From assembly GCA_965649765.1 (NCBI GenBank), contig OZ287754.1, positions 56,296,001 through 56,360,000 on the forward strand: a stretch of 64,000 nt of DNA, in the 5' to 3' direction. This DNA is from Bispira polyomma. Lineage: Eukaryota. The first letter of the stretch is position 1; each line of letters opens with the position of its first letter. The position numbers and the translations under genes were made by a program. The notes below the pieces were generated by a model. The model was not told the origin of the DNA. It did not search any database and saw only the letters and a program-made list of their open reading frames with translations. Below, in pieces: positions 14,233 to 27,520 of this stretch.

Positions 14233-15524
14233 AGTTAAGTATTATAACATTTTACACTGAAAATATCACCCCAACATTTATACATAACAGTATATTTCTT
14301 ATCAAGCAACATTTTAATTAGGACGTTGTGTAATTTATACATGCATACAGAGTTCAATATTGTATTATCTGAATATGGTAAGAGAGCAAGATTTTGCTTG
14401 GATAATTGAAGGTTCATAAAGTACAGTAGGATATTATTATTAGATTGATTGATCCCATTTAAGGTGTAGCAAACCTTTTACCAGGAGAGATACAGAAGTT
14501 TCACATGCACAGTATGGTGAAAACAGCAAATATATACATTGAGAGTAAGTATATCAAAATTATGCCTTTCTGTATCAAAGACAAAGGTTAATGCAAACCT
14601 GTTGTGTAAACAAATTACAAACATTATTTTCTTCAGACATTACAAAACAAATCATTTACTTAGAACCACAAATAAGACTAATACCCACTTTATTTCTGAG
14701 ACACTCAGGTAAGCAGTACAAAAACATTTATAATGTCCTGGGTTACATTATTTTTTAAAAAGTAACACATTTTTTTATTTAAAACAGGTTTTAAAATGTC
14801 ATCCAAGAAAACAATATTTTTTTTGATATTACAAATTTGACGGTAAAATTCCTGGAAATATGCTTGGTTTGGAATGGGTTATTTTTTTTCATTTTACCCT
14901 TCTATTTCAACGTTATATAAAATAAATGAGAGACTAACCTGAGGCCATGGTAAGGAGCCGGAGGTTCCACCAGTAGATCTCCACAGCTTTCAGTGTGCAT
15001 GTCAATTCTAATTATTATTCTATAGTGTGTTCTTCTTAGCAGACAAAGCAGACAGAAGATTGTAATGAAGACCCTCAGTAATCTGAGTCAGCTCCAGTCC
15101 CACCTTTTTTCTTATGCTTTCATCAACTCTGATCAGTTGTGCTGCGACACTTTTGCTGTCCTGGGAAAAAGAACCGCATTTGTTTTGTTTGGTTTTTGTT
15201 ATAAAAGAAAAACAGCTTTTATATATGAGTGTCACTGTGCAATAGATAGAAAGATATATGTATGCAAATTGGTGGACAAAATGCCGGTGAAATTTCCAAA
15301 GGTGAACAAAATGCCGGCCCATTTGTTGGGTTGCATGCACTAAATGCTGATATTGTCAAAACATCTTTCATTATGGCCAGCCCACAAAATCAAATCCACC
15401 ATTGTTGATATTTACATGAGTGTTGAGCTAATGATGGAAATGGCCCTTCTTGGATATCTGGGAGGTACCTTATATCTAGCATTTCACCTTAGCAACTGCC
15501 ACAGTAGTACCATTACACTCCTGG

Positions 15525-15846
15525 GAATATAGGAATAACCAATGACAAAGCTCGGTATACGGTCATTTTTAGCACGATTGGAGGCATAGTAATACGAAGC
15601 CGAAGTCTGAGTGTTTCTACGATTCAAGAGTGGTAAAAATGACAGAAAACCAAGCTTTGAAATTGGTTATTCCTATTCTAACATGACAAATTAAATTAAT
15701 ATTATGGTTTTGAAGGAACTATATCTACTTGTGATCCATTACACTTTAGGCAAACTTTGTCTAATTCTGTTTATAAGCATACGGGTAATTTACCAAGGCT
15801 GTCAGCCAATCAGAATCGCCGACACTGCTGTGTCATGTTAGAATAT
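15525..15846. mobile_element. Crypton-like non-autonomous element
   Basis: 6-bp terminal direct repeat GAATAT (15525-15530, 15841-15846). A large hairpin at 15529-15676 is centred on 'gaagccgaagtctgag'. A second inverted pair is ATTCTAACATGACA (15675-15688) / TGTCATGTTAGAAT (15831-15844). Contains 'agccaatcagaatcgc'. Confidence 0.55.
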
Positions 15847-16249
15847 GGATGTTTGGCTACAGCATTTCAGAGCAGTTTCAAATAGAAAAATAATTTAAAT
15901 GTCATAAAAAATATGACAAAATTGATTGTTGTATTGTATCAAAACAATTTTTTTTTTTTCAAATATAATTTCTGTGAAATGTAATTGGCATTCTTTAAAG
16001 TATACTGTTGTATCAAAAGATTGTTCGTAAATTTAATCGTAATGTCTTTAAAATATTTGATGTTTTGACAATACCAGCATTTTAAAACACCCACCCCAAA
16101 ACAGACCAGTTTTTAGTCCACCTTTGGAAATTTAACTGGTATTATGTCCAACAAAATTTAGTTCACAGACATTTGTCCGTCGGAATTTTGTCCTTCATTC
16201 ATGCTTAATAATATGCCAAAATTTGAGTTTCTGTGGTGTTTTTTAAACA

Positions 16250-16435
16250 CAGTAGAGTTTATATTATCCGTACGTACATTTTTGCAGAGCAATATTTTGT
16301 TCTGACAAAAAAATGGACGTAAAATAGAGGCAAATAGGAAAAAAGTAGAAAAATACAAATTTTACACTGTAAAAATAAGTTCATCAAATCATATATTTGG
16401 ATATAATGTAAATCTAGACAATAGAGGTTCTACTG
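16250..16435. mobile_element. Tc1/mariner-type MITE
   Basis: CAGTAGA...GAGGTTCTACTG|TA termini. Related copies at 63743-63926 and a partial one near 20859. Confidence 0.55.
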
Positions 16436-16804
16436 TATTAAAAATAGGGTTTGTTCTACAGGATGGAGGTTTACTTATAGAAAACAGTATTTAAAATACT
16501 CTCATCTAAACAGGTCTAATCAGACAGCCTGGGCCATACTATTCAAAAGCTTAACACTTAGCTTTAGCATTAAGATGTTGGTCTTTGATTTTTGCTTGAA
16601 AAGCTCAAGACATGGTGGCCTTAGTCCTATTAACAGTAAGAAAAGATCTTTGCTTAGTGTTAAATTTGCACTTAACACTAAAACTAACATTAGGCAGTCT
16701 TAAATGTTTTAGACATAAATTTTAAGCTTAAGACTAAGTTATGACTAAGACCTTTTGTGCATACGCCTACTGGTACACAACCTCTACAAACATGTGGATT
16801 CTAA

Positions 16805-17101
16805 TGCCCTGGTCCCACCAGATATTTGTTGTTCGCGTAAAAAGGCATAAACCCACACACAGGTTCAATGTAATTATTGGCATGACCGCATGACCATAGT
16901 CTAACGTAATGATAAGTAACTGTGCATGACTGTGTGTAATACGTAAATGAACCATGCTCCATCGTGAAATGTTTTGCATTACATATCCAAAGTCAGGTTA
17001 TGTACATGCACGTACAATATCTCGAACCACGCAACACCATGCTAACCCTAGTCCAAATTTCTTACACGACATCCAGCATAAAGGCCGGTGGAACAGAGGC
17101 A
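16805..17101. mobile_element. PIF/Harbinger-type MITE (same family as 13607-13994)
   Basis: TAA|TGCCCTGGTCCCACC...GGTGGAACAGAGGCA|TAA; shared internal 'ataaacccacacac', 'gcatgacc', 'aaatgaaccatg'. Confidence 0.7.
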
Positions 17102-17377
17102 TAAGATGCAAAAATCTCAAGGCATATTTTATTCATGATCTAGCCAGTAGATGGGTGTATGAAAAAGTACCCTTCAGGCAAATTAGCCTTCTAGAAAACT
17201 ATTCTCCAATACAAATTGGGTGAGTTGACAGAAGCAAGGTGTTAACGCAGCTGTCAGCACAAGATTGCAAGACAACTAGGAAGGTTAAGTATTCTTTTAA
17301 CATACATACATCTCTTTTTGATGGGGAACGCTTCATACAATCTAAGGTAAATCCCCTAAAAATTACAAGAATACTAT

Positions 17378-17597
17378 TGGTTTATTTTGGGTCATTTTCA
17401 ACAGTGTAGGTCATATCACAATGGCCATATTTAATGGTGGAAGAAACCAGTGCTGAAGTATTATAAACTACCGACCTGCGGAGCAAGTTCCTAGCAAACT
17501 TTCCCACATGAAAGAACCAATAGCATTCGAACGAACACTGGCGACATACCAGTGATTATGTAGCTAAAGCTTCTAACCACTAGGCCGCCATGGCCCC
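17378..17597 (-). mobile_element. tRNA-derived SINE
   Basis: Reverse strand starts GGGGCCATGGCGGCCTAGTGGTTAG (A box), has 'gttcgaatg' (B-box-like) and the core 'catgtgggaaagtttgc'. Confidence 0.8.
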
Positions 17598-17787
17598 TGC
17601 ATGCATGAAAATCCAGTGCTTGGTGGTCATTCTTTGGTAGAAGTGTTAAAAGACCCATGTGTACTGTCCTGTTTCCATACAATGCCCCCCAACTGTTAGA
17701 TATACTTTACAACTCAGTTATGCTGTCTGGTGTGGGTGTGCCTGTTCTGACTCCATAAAACCCCAAGTTTTCACTTTTCAGTAGCTC

Positions 17788-18172
17788 CGGGCAGTATTCA
17801 CAAAAAAGGCTGAGTCTAGAAATTGTCCCAAATTTATGACAAAAGTATACTAGAACTAAGAGAAAGTCTGGGCTTAGCCCTTTTGTGTGGGGCCGCGGTG
17901 GCCTAGTGGTTAGCAAGCACTGCGCTTCACAATCACTGGTCTCTCACCTCTGGGCAGCGTGAGTTCGAATCCCGTCGATACCCATGTGGGAAAGGTGGTA
18001 GTTCCTTACTGTGGGCCACTGGTTTCTCTGCAGAACCTTGACCGACTGTATGCGGTGTTTCCTCCAGCGTTTCCAACTACCCGTCCCAATATCACCTACT
18101 AAAAGATACTAGAGTGGACGTTAAATATCCAAATTCAAATTCAAACTTAGCCCTTTTGGGTGAATACCACTC
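17788..18172. mobile_element. Short palindromic MITE (GTATTCACAAA termini) hosting a SINE
   Basis: 'ggcagtattcacaaaaaaggctgagtc' ... 'cttagcccttttgggtgaatacc'. Related to 20607-20828. Confidence 0.55.
17889..18145 (+). mobile_element. Full-length tRNA-derived SINE with 16-bp TSD
   Basis: A box TGGCCTAGTGG, B box GTTCGAATCC, core 'catgtgggaaaggtggtagt' and (CAAATT)n tail. TSD is CTTAGCCCTTTTGTGT (17873-17888) / CTTAGCCCTTTTGGGT (18146-18161). Confidence 0.92.
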
Positions 18173-18202
18173 CTGAGCATTTGATGGTTGAGAGGTATGA
18201 TG

Positions 18203-18429
18203 GAATTTAGATTTACTTGTGGTTTTAGGACATTTTCAACAGCTCAGGTCATATCACGACGGCCAGATTCAATGGTGGAGGAAAACCACTGTGTCAACCC
18301 CCTACCAACGGCAAGTACCTTCACAAACATTCCCACATATAAAGGAACGAATAGGATTCAAAACCCACATTGGTGAGAGACCAGAGATTGTGAAGCTAAC
18401 GCCTTTAACCACTGGGTCACCGTGGCCCC
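18203..18429 (-). mobile_element. tRNA-derived SINE
   Basis: Reverse strand starts GGGGCCACGGTGACCCAGTGGTTAAAGGCG, with 'ttttgaatcc' (B-box remnant) and a 'tatgtgggaatgtttg' core. Same family as 17378-17597. Confidence 0.8.
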
Positions 18430-20606
18430 TAGGGTATGGAATGTCAACCGGATGGCTGCCCAATCCATTGTAATATACAGGTAATATATTTTAGACACTG
18501 CTGTGTATATAGAGTACCTTATTGCCACATTTCACTCTTTAGGTCAATGACCTAGTTTTTAGTGTTATGGAGTTTGGCCCCTTTATTCTCTATGTAGTAT
18601 TAATTATCTATTGTAATTGAACTTTTACCAACTAACTGTACAAATAATCATATTGCAATATTCCAGTCATATTTACAATATGTATTGGATATATATTGGA
18701 TCATATTCCAGCAATACATTTGCAAAAATAAAACGCAAGTTTCAAAGCCAAATGAGTTTCTGCCCATGCGCAAAAACTTGCATAGTAAATATCACAGTAA
18801 ATTTTTGGAAGTGAATGAAAAAAATGTAAAAATGGTGAAAATGGCAGTAATGCTTAATTTATTCAATATTAGACTGCATCCATTGCAGATTTTGTTTCAA
18901 AGTCAAATGAGTTTCTGCCCATGCGCAAAAGCATGCACAGTAACAATCAGAAATCAGTAATCTTGGAAGAAAGTGAACAAAATGATGAAAATGGCATTAA
19001 TGCTTATTTTATTCTGGATCCATTGCAGATTATGTTGCTGACAAACACTTCATATGCTGTCAGAAGTGAAAGACAAGCAAAGATTTCACCGTGAAAATGT
19101 GGTACCTAATATGTAATGCTTTTCCAATTTCATATAGCAATGTATTGTATTTAAAAATTTATATTATATTTGAAAACATATTGATTTTGCAATATATTGT
19201 TATCCCCTTAGTTTGGTAAGGGGGTGGTTGTAGGTCTTCACTGCCTTCATACTCTAAAATTTACCTAGATTAGCTGTGTGATTGTAATCAATTAATGTGT
19301 GTTGAATAAAAGAAGTGTCATATTCACATGGCTCATATCCATCTAGTGGTATTAATTACCCTTTGTTCAAGCTAAAATAAATATTTTTTTGTGTAGTTTG
19401 ATTACACAAATGGAAGACTTCTGAAGCTTGATAGCAATTTACCTGTAGCTCAAAATTAAAGGTTTGTCAAAACGACATTGATTATTATGTTCTTTTGATG
19501 TAATAATTAAAGAAATAAAAATAGGAATTTTAATGTTTTTCTTAAAACATTTGTTATTAGTCTTCTGAAAATTGTTTTTCAAGCAAATATATACGCGTCC
19601 GCAAGCTTATTATATGGTCATGCATACACAAACACACTCGTGGGTTTTAAGCTATATTATGGCTGATTCACAATACAATAAATCCAGATATACAGTTTGT
19701 TGGCGGTACTGGTAAATGAACATGAGAGTTCACACTGCAACAAATCGGGATATAGATAAAACAAAATTGGTTAGGATCAAAACGTGCATGAAAGTCTTGT
19801 TTTTTTTTTCTAATTTATAAACAAATTCTTGGGTGCAGTGGGAATGTCCACGTTAATTTATGAGTACCAACGAATCTGTATGTCCTCATTCGATGCAGTG
19901 TAAGTTAGCCATTAGACCACAACACTGAGACAGACAATCAATCCTGAGTTTTGCCTGAGGTTTGTTTTCTTTTCCCGAGACATAAAGACACCCCCCCCCC
20001 CCCCCCCCCACTGTTTTCCTTGCCTGATATCCTTGATGGCAAGGACATGGCATTCTGTCCACTAAAGTTGGGCTTAACAAGACTTAACAAGATTTCTGTG
20101 ACCAGAATACTGATACCAGCTATCAAATTCTCGGTGCAACACTTAGAATCAAGTAGCAGTTTGTTGAACTGTTGTTTGTTGCAATTGCCAAAGACACGGC
20201 AGCATTTGTCCTCGTCTTGTTCCCTAAAATTTTGGTGGTTGATATTCTTACATGACATTCATGATCGTTATTTTATTATTCTGGGGAAGTATATTCACAA
20301 ATGTTCTTTGAATAGAATTCTCAGAAGTTTCTTAGTCTCGGTCAATCAGATTCTTTGAGATAATATTTTCAACCAATCAGATTGGTTGACGCAAAACAAA
20401 TATGAAGGAACCTTAGAGAATACCAGTCTTGGCCCAAGTTGCAAGGTCAATATGAAAACATAGAATTTTGTTTACCCATTTCATTATCATTGTTATGCAA
20501 TAATCATATTTAGTTTGTTTGGGTGTTTTTTGGGTGGGAAATGTATGTAATGCTTGTTTTAATCTATATTTTAACAGTAGAAAATGGAATTGAGTAAAAT
20601 ATTCTG

Positions 20607-20828
20607 GGTCCTGTATTCACAAATGGTATTAGTCTCTTAACTTAGTCTTAGACTCAACATTTATGTGTAAACTATTAAACACTGCCGGTAGTCTTACTGT
20701 TAGTCTAAGGGTTCAGTCAGTGTTGTACTTAACACTAAGCAAAGACCTGTTCTTACTAGCACTAGGGCTAAGATCAAAATCTTTTGGCCAAAATCAAAGA
20801 CCAAAAAAACCTTTTGTGAATATCAACC
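20607..20828. mobile_element. MITE with 3-bp CTG TSD (Harbinger-like)
   Basis: CTG|GGTCCTGTATTCACAAA...TTTGTGAATATCAACC|CTG. Interior 'cttaacactaagcaaagacc' is related to the inverted copy near 16530-16770. Confidence 0.6.
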
Positions 20829-21555
20829 CTGGACCCACCTTGTGATTGAACCGAACCACAGTAGAACCTTTATCATTTCAAACTTTTCTAATCTAAATAT
20901 TTGATGTTTGGAATCCTGTTCTAGAATTGAATTTTCGGTTTCTTTTTTAATTTAAATTTTAATTTCACTTTTCATGAACATTCTAAAACAGGAGTTTCTC
21001 AAACTTTTTACATGATCATAGCAATGCAAAATTACATCAGTCACTTTATTGAAGGAACTCCACATCAATGCACTTTGCAATTGAATGTCTGTTTGACTCA
21101 ATAAGATTTAACTGGTAATCCACCTTCAGCACATTACTTTATTAAAAACACCACCTCAGAGTGATTTGAGCTTTATATGAAATAATAAGTCTGCACGATC
21201 CGTGCAAAATAGCAATAAATAATTATAGATGATTATTATTGAGGCTTAGTTTTGGCATTGAACCAGAAAAACACTTGAATGTTAAATACCTAATAACTGA
21301 GACTGAATGCAGTTTTGAATAGCTTTCTTTAAGATTCATATACCAGTATTTAGTTACTTCTGATGTTGTGCACTATTGTATTTAATATTATATGTATATG
21401 TACCCTTATCTCGTAAGCACCAGTTACCCTTTTCTTAAACTTCAGAAGCACAGCCAACCTGCACCAAAGGCTGTCATTCCCCTAACTGAAAGACAAGAGT
21501 CTTGCGGATGACTATCAATGTCCTCAGGGCTAATGAACCTGCTACTACAAGCAAC

Positions 21556-22116
21556 GTTCGACTGGTAGGAAAGATATTTATCTTATTTAATCTGAAAGAA
21601 AGATAAGTATCTCTCTCTGTTCGTCTGGTCAATATTCAAAAAAAGATAAGTATCAAAGTTATACACATGTCTCGCTGGTTAACTTTCTTAATAAATCATG
21701 TGACTGCCTTGCAAATATAAGGTTTTAGTAGAAAGCACTCTGAAGTCTGGACTTCCATATAAGGATATTTAGTTGTATTCGACGTCAACCACCATGTGTT
21801 TCGCTTTATATAATAATGAAAATTTAATCAATTACCTTATCCCCACAAATATTTGCTTGAACGAATATCTTTTTGGACCTTTAATTTGACATATAGGTTA
21901 GGATTCCTTAAAGTATTGTTTTTTATGTAAAATATTGCTGTATTGCCCACTATGCACGTGGTAAACCACAAATATTTCCTTCGTCAATTTCTATTGGTCT
22001 TCGGTAGTAGATATTTATTTTTTCTGAGCGACTGGTACCATAATAGTCAAGTATCTCTGTTAATGCGCAGGTGGGTGGAGTTCACAGATAAGTATCTGAA
22101 ACGCTACCAGTAGAAC
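21556..22116. mobile_element. MITE-like element with AGATAAGTAT subterminal repeats
   Basis: Imperfect TIR GTTCGACTGGTAG / CTACCAGTAGAAC, each adjacent to a GATAAGTATC-type motif. Further motif copies near 21601 and 21644. Confidence 0.5.
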
Positions 22117-22127
22117 AGCCTAACTGT

Positions 22128-22283
22128 TGTAAAGTGATAAAGAGGCTTGCTACTGTAGGGATTCGATCCTGGGTTTGTCATATATCTTAAAATTAATAGT
22201 TCAGTACACTAACAGTTGAGCTAAAGGGGAAACCCCAGAAGCCTGGCTGTTTAATGCGCTGATGTATACAAGGATATTATACA
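22128..22283 (-). mobile_element. 156-bp solo-LTR-like element containing a tRNA-like A/B box
   Basis: TGTA...TACA termini; flanks ACTGT / CCTGT (4/5 match). Minus strand carries TAGCTCAACTGTTAG (A-box-like) and GGATCGAATCC (B-box-like). Confidence 0.55.
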
Positions 22284-24234
22284 CCTGTCAAGCATAAAGA
22301 AAAAGGCTGCCTGATATCTGTGTTATGTAACATTATTTTAAGAATTTTTATGCAATCTCTTTTTCTTACATACATATCTAACTTTGGCATCAGTACAATG
22401 ACGCCATACATCTACCAGAAAATGTGTGTGTTGACCAAAAAGCCTTCTAAAATTATTGGTCGGGGAAATTTCGCATTTGTGACCCATCTGTGACCCATTT
22501 CACATTTCTGGTCATCATTTTAAACACAGGCCAGCAACTGTACTGCCCACGTTACACCAAGTATACCTCGATGGTTGAATGAGGCATGTAAAAACGAAAT
22601 TGTCACTTTTTGTTTGTGAACTGTCAAATATGATGTCATACTCCTGTAGGGCAAGCTAGGGAAACATATTGCAGCGTTAATAAACCCAGAAAAAGATTAC
22701 TCGATATATTCAAACATTGCATATCATTTTAAAATCTTTTAATAATCGGCGCTCTACATTCCATAAAATGTGCTTGATGCCTCAGCAATACTGTCTTTTT
22801 CTAATTTTCTCAAAATAGACCATGTCTTTTATCCATATGCCTTTTGACATTAGTTCAAGGCTGTTGAAACGATTATAAAAAGGGATATTATTAACAATTT
22901 CAAACATTCATAGCACTCATGGAAACATGTCCGGAGTTTAGACGTAAACGTCCCATTGGCATAAAAAAGTTTATGAAGGCTTACTCTCATTCAAACGTGT
23001 GCCATGACCCTTTGTTGCAGGAGGTTATGCCACGAACAGACTGTTACATATACATGTATATTGCCCTCACTCACCTCCCAAAAATCCTCCGATCTCATTC
23101 AGATATGCGCCAGTGAGCATCCGTGAGGCGAATTTAAAAACAAAACTGTGGTATGTATCTTTACTAACACCCACTAATGAGAAACAAAACACCCACTAAT
23201 ACATCACTAACTGCAAGGAACGCTCCCTAACTGTCACTAATGTCAATTATTGCGAAATGAGTCAAAACGAGCCAACGCTAGCTGCTACTGTCGAGAAACA
23301 ATCCCAAACTAATCCCACCCCCTCCACCCCAGTTACGTACTGTCACTCATTGCTACGAAGACGTCCATGGTGCCTTTGTGATGGCCATCCGTGTAAATGA
23401 GAGGTGGGCGTTAGGGAAACAATAATATACTTTTGCCTTACTGCACGATTATTGGAATAGATTTACGACGATGCCCTAAATTGTGATCAAAACTCCAACA
23501 GCAAGACATTATTTTTTTGGGTGAATTCTGCCATGGAGAACACTTGTACCTTTCTTAAAAATGAACAGTCAATAATGAGTTTCTGAGCAATAAGTTTCTA
23601 TGGAAATGACTTTAGGGCAGCCAAACTACGTCATGAGGCTTTGAAGGCAATGACTTTTTTTTTTACTTGGGGATGGCAACAAATACAATAGAACTCATTA
23701 TGGACCAATCATTGGGGTTATAACAATGGCAGGAAGTTACAAAGATGAGACACTTACTGTGGAGGGGATAATGTGGTTGATTCAAATAAATTCTAGCAAA
23801 TTACACATGCAAAATGAAAATACCTAAAAATAGACACGGTGTACAACTAAATTGTTGTTGTTGGAATTGACTTTTTCAATAACTGATTAAAACAGAAATA
23901 ATTTGTTGTAACTAATACTCAGCCTACAGTAAAAAAAAAAACAGATTCGTAAATTATTTTGTTATATGGTACTGTTCCACTATCAAGACTATAATCGGGA
24001 GGTGCCACAATTATTTGATCCTGGCCAAGACTTGCCATTTCTCTATGATTTTTCAAAAAAGGTGGGCAAATTTGCATGTAAAGATTAAGATTTTTTTAAC
24101 AAAAAAGTCACGGCCTCCCATTGTAAAATACACTTACGTTTATATGGCCACTACATGCTCAGGCAAATTTAACACACCCCTCAGTTTGGTTAATTGCTTT
24201 CAACCGATCCATGAAGGCCTCACATAATATTTCT

Positions 24235-24252
24235 AAGATGGCGCCGCCATTT
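24235..24252. promoter_or_regulatory. Overlapping opposite-strand YY1-like motifs (AAGATGGCG / CGCCATTTT)
   Basis: 'aagatggcgccgccatttt'; copy 2 at about 32069 reads 'aagatggtggcgccatttt'. Motif match only. Confidence 0.25.
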
Positions 24253-26059
24253 TCAGAATAAAAACAACATCAGGCTATATGGCTGATAATAAAAATGACT
24301 TCCCCTCAAAGATCAAACAGTTGGTTTACAGTGGTTTAGATAACATAGTTTCTGCTGACAGTTAAACCGTCACGACTGATTCTGTACTTTCAACTTTGCA
24401 CAGTGTAACAAAATATTTTTGGAGAGCAAAATTTAATTCATCAAATGGAAGATGCATTTTATTTTGACTGAATATGAAAATGTTATTTGGGAGAGCAAAA
24501 GTGAGTTCATGGAATGGAATATTCAGATTGTAGAAGTTTGGATAATAAAGTATTTGGCAGGGTATATTTATTTCATAACATACAATAGATATAATTAACA
24601 AATAAAGAAATAAAAGTAGGCTGAAACAATTATAATTTTCAGTATTTGTTGTCAGTAAATATCACTTGTACCCTTGTAAATTGTATTGTATTTGTACAAC
24701 AGAACCAATTAGCCAATATCTAGAAGCTATTATACAAAAAAAACAGTTAAAAATGTTATAATGTTAATATAGTTGACATTAATTTGAACAATTAGAATAT
24801 ATTTACATCATCTCAATGGTAATATAACAGATAATAGAAAACAACTATTTTAAATTGCTGTAGCAAAAAATCATAAAGCAAACAGTAGTGTATCTTTTTG
24901 AATATTTTTTAGCAATATGCGATTCTTTCGCCTAACGCTTTAGAAGATGCCTGGCTTCAAATAGGCAAGTTAATAATCTATCATATCATGAATAGATACT
25001 TACGTTTACGTTAACCTTAACTATCACCAGTATAAGTTTATCATAACTCCCTGTCACTAGTATAAGGTAACCGTAACTCCATGTGTCACCCGCATGAGGT
25101 GACTAGACTATGAGTGACCCTCAAGCTCAGCCACCACTAAAAGTGACCTTAAATAAGTATCCCTTACATTCCTTTAAACACCTTTTCAGATGACCTTAAA
25201 CTAAAGATTTGGAATTGTGAAGTTAAGATAAGACTAGCATATATACATTACAGTCAATCTGTTAAACCAGCGATTACGAAAAATGACTAAAACCTTGAGT
25301 CATTCCAGGTAATGCCTGAAATTTGTGGTTTATAATTTACACAGTTTGCCTGAATAGTAATACAAAACTTAGACAGTATGTGTAATGGTTTTATGAGGAA
25401 TAATATGTGATTCTTGTAATTATACCAAACATAAAAATTACATGTATATAAATTCCCAATTCGAAATCACTAGTGTTACTTACCTTATAAAAGTAGGAAT
25501 GTAGAATCCTAGGCTATCCCCACACAGTGTTTGTTAAAACAAGCTTCTATATTAGCAATCCTATCTAATCAAACCATTTAAACTCTTTCCCAGTAACTCT
25601 GCTACCTATATTTTCCAGTATATGAGTGAGTAGCAGAAACAACTACAAGTTTTCTATTGTCTTTTCTTCCACCACTTCAACTTGGAGGGGAAAAAATCAA
25701 ATCAGTGTCTATTTTTGGAAGGTCAGTAATGAATGCAAATCTTTGTTAATTCTGCGATTTCCATTCACAATCAGCCTCTTTTTCTTGTTTTCTATTTATT
25801 TGGGTTTTTTTTCAAAATAGAATTTTTGTTTGTTTTTTTTTTTTTTTTGTTTTTTTTTTGTTTGACTCCTTTCATACACTTTGGCCTGCCGTCGAGAAAG
25901 AAAGTGTATGCAATTTGTTCATCTAAAAACCTTTTCTGGTTTTTAACAAGCACTTTCAGTTGGTTGTGTTTCCAAATATATGTAGACACAATCTAGATGT
26001 AATAATACATTATAGGAGTAAACGAGTATTTAAGGTTGTTTAGAACTTCTATCCAGAAT

Positions 26060-26240
26060 CTAAAATGTCCAGATTATATCAACACTGCATTAGCTGTGGT
26101 GCTGCCACTAGTTGCCAAATGCTGAAGTGTTTCTTGTATTTCCTGATGGGATGAAGCAGAGACTCATAATTTTCTGATACGATGTAATATCTAGCACTAA
26201 GGAATGAAAACAACCATAAAATGCCGGAAATGTGCCCATT
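26060..26240 (-). pseudogene. Possible Mutator-like transposase relic
   Basis: Minus strand reads 'TFPAFYGCFHS...QKIMSLCFIP' and, after a frameshift, 'HQEIQETLQHL'. This resembles MULE GCxFH and RKLMALxFLP, but the spacing is too short. Duplicate at about 33780-33950. Confidence 0.25.
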
Positions 26241-27272
26241 GTTAAATTGGATAGCCGAGTGGGTTTTAAAAAAAAATATTTATATATCTATGTTACAATG
26301 ACGCAATCATTATTAGTTTGGAAGAATAACGGTATCAAAAAAAGCAAACTTTCTGTGATAAATAAATGATAAGAGAGATTTATATATAGATATTTCTTTT
26401 ACTACAAGACGTCACATGAAACTACGGTACTTGGCACATTAGTATATTGTAGTTACAGAATAATCTGAACAATAAGGAAATGAACTGGTGAGCATAACTT
26501 ATCTGAGTTAATTTGTGCAAGTGCAAAACAACTAAGGATAACAAAATAGCCGCCACAATCTACAATATAAATACATGAACTGCAAGCAGACTAGGTGGAA
26601 ACTGAAAAAAAAAATTGAAATTGAAAATTAAGCTTTAGGAGATTCATTTGACTTAAAATTTGATTTTATTTTACTTTTACTTTAAAGATTAATACAGACG
26701 TCAGTATTTTCAAGAATGATATAACACATTCTCAGATACAGGTCCATGTGAACCTGTATTGTGATCAAAGATCATTGACCTTGATTCAAGGTGAAATGAA
26801 GACCAAGTTTAAGAGAAAGGCAGATCCCAAACTAATTGAAAGTACTAAAAAATGGAATTGTCGAGATCCATTGACACTTTGGACATAGAAATCATAAAGT
26901 TTGAATTCTAATATGTTTTAAATATGTACATTTCTTTATTTTTCTTTCTGTTTTTTGCTTTGGAGTTTGTTCCAACTTATTGTACTGTCATTTGACACAT
27001 GGTAATATGTATATATACATATTTAACTTTTCTTGCAGCTTTCTAACATTTCCACCTATATTTACAAGAATATACTTATAAAACATTTTTTTCACAAATC
27101 AAAATTAAATGTTATTACTTACTGAAGGAAATATACACCTGTATATATACAGGGTGTACATATAAAAAGGATATTATTTATGAATGTCTATGATTTCTTT
27201 AAATATAGTTATTCTTAACATTATTTGATTATTGCTAATTGAATGCGCCATTCCCTACTGATTACAATCAAC

Positions 27273-27520
27273 AGGGAGTTGGTGTGGTGATCAGAAAGTC
27301 CCGGCTTCGACTCCTGGTACTGGCTGCTAGGCTCAGACGACCATTTAATATGGCGATAGTCCTCTGTCCTCTGAGTTCTATCGCCATTGGCAGGTTAAAG
27401 ATCCTTGGGGATGTTGATAAATGGTCATCCTTAAGGCTTGGTGCCCATATAATGACTGCCCATGAGGAAGCACATTTGAAATGACCCTATTTTGTATAAG
27501 TGTGCTAGAACAAATATCAT
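27273..27520 (+). mobile_element. Degraded SINE (second family)
   Basis: Counterpart of 34990-35305, lacking the central segment. Confidence 0.5.

Noticed and set aside
17889-17975. Possible tRNA gene
   Set aside because: Head of a SINE with core, tail and TSD; no proper cloverleaf or terminator.
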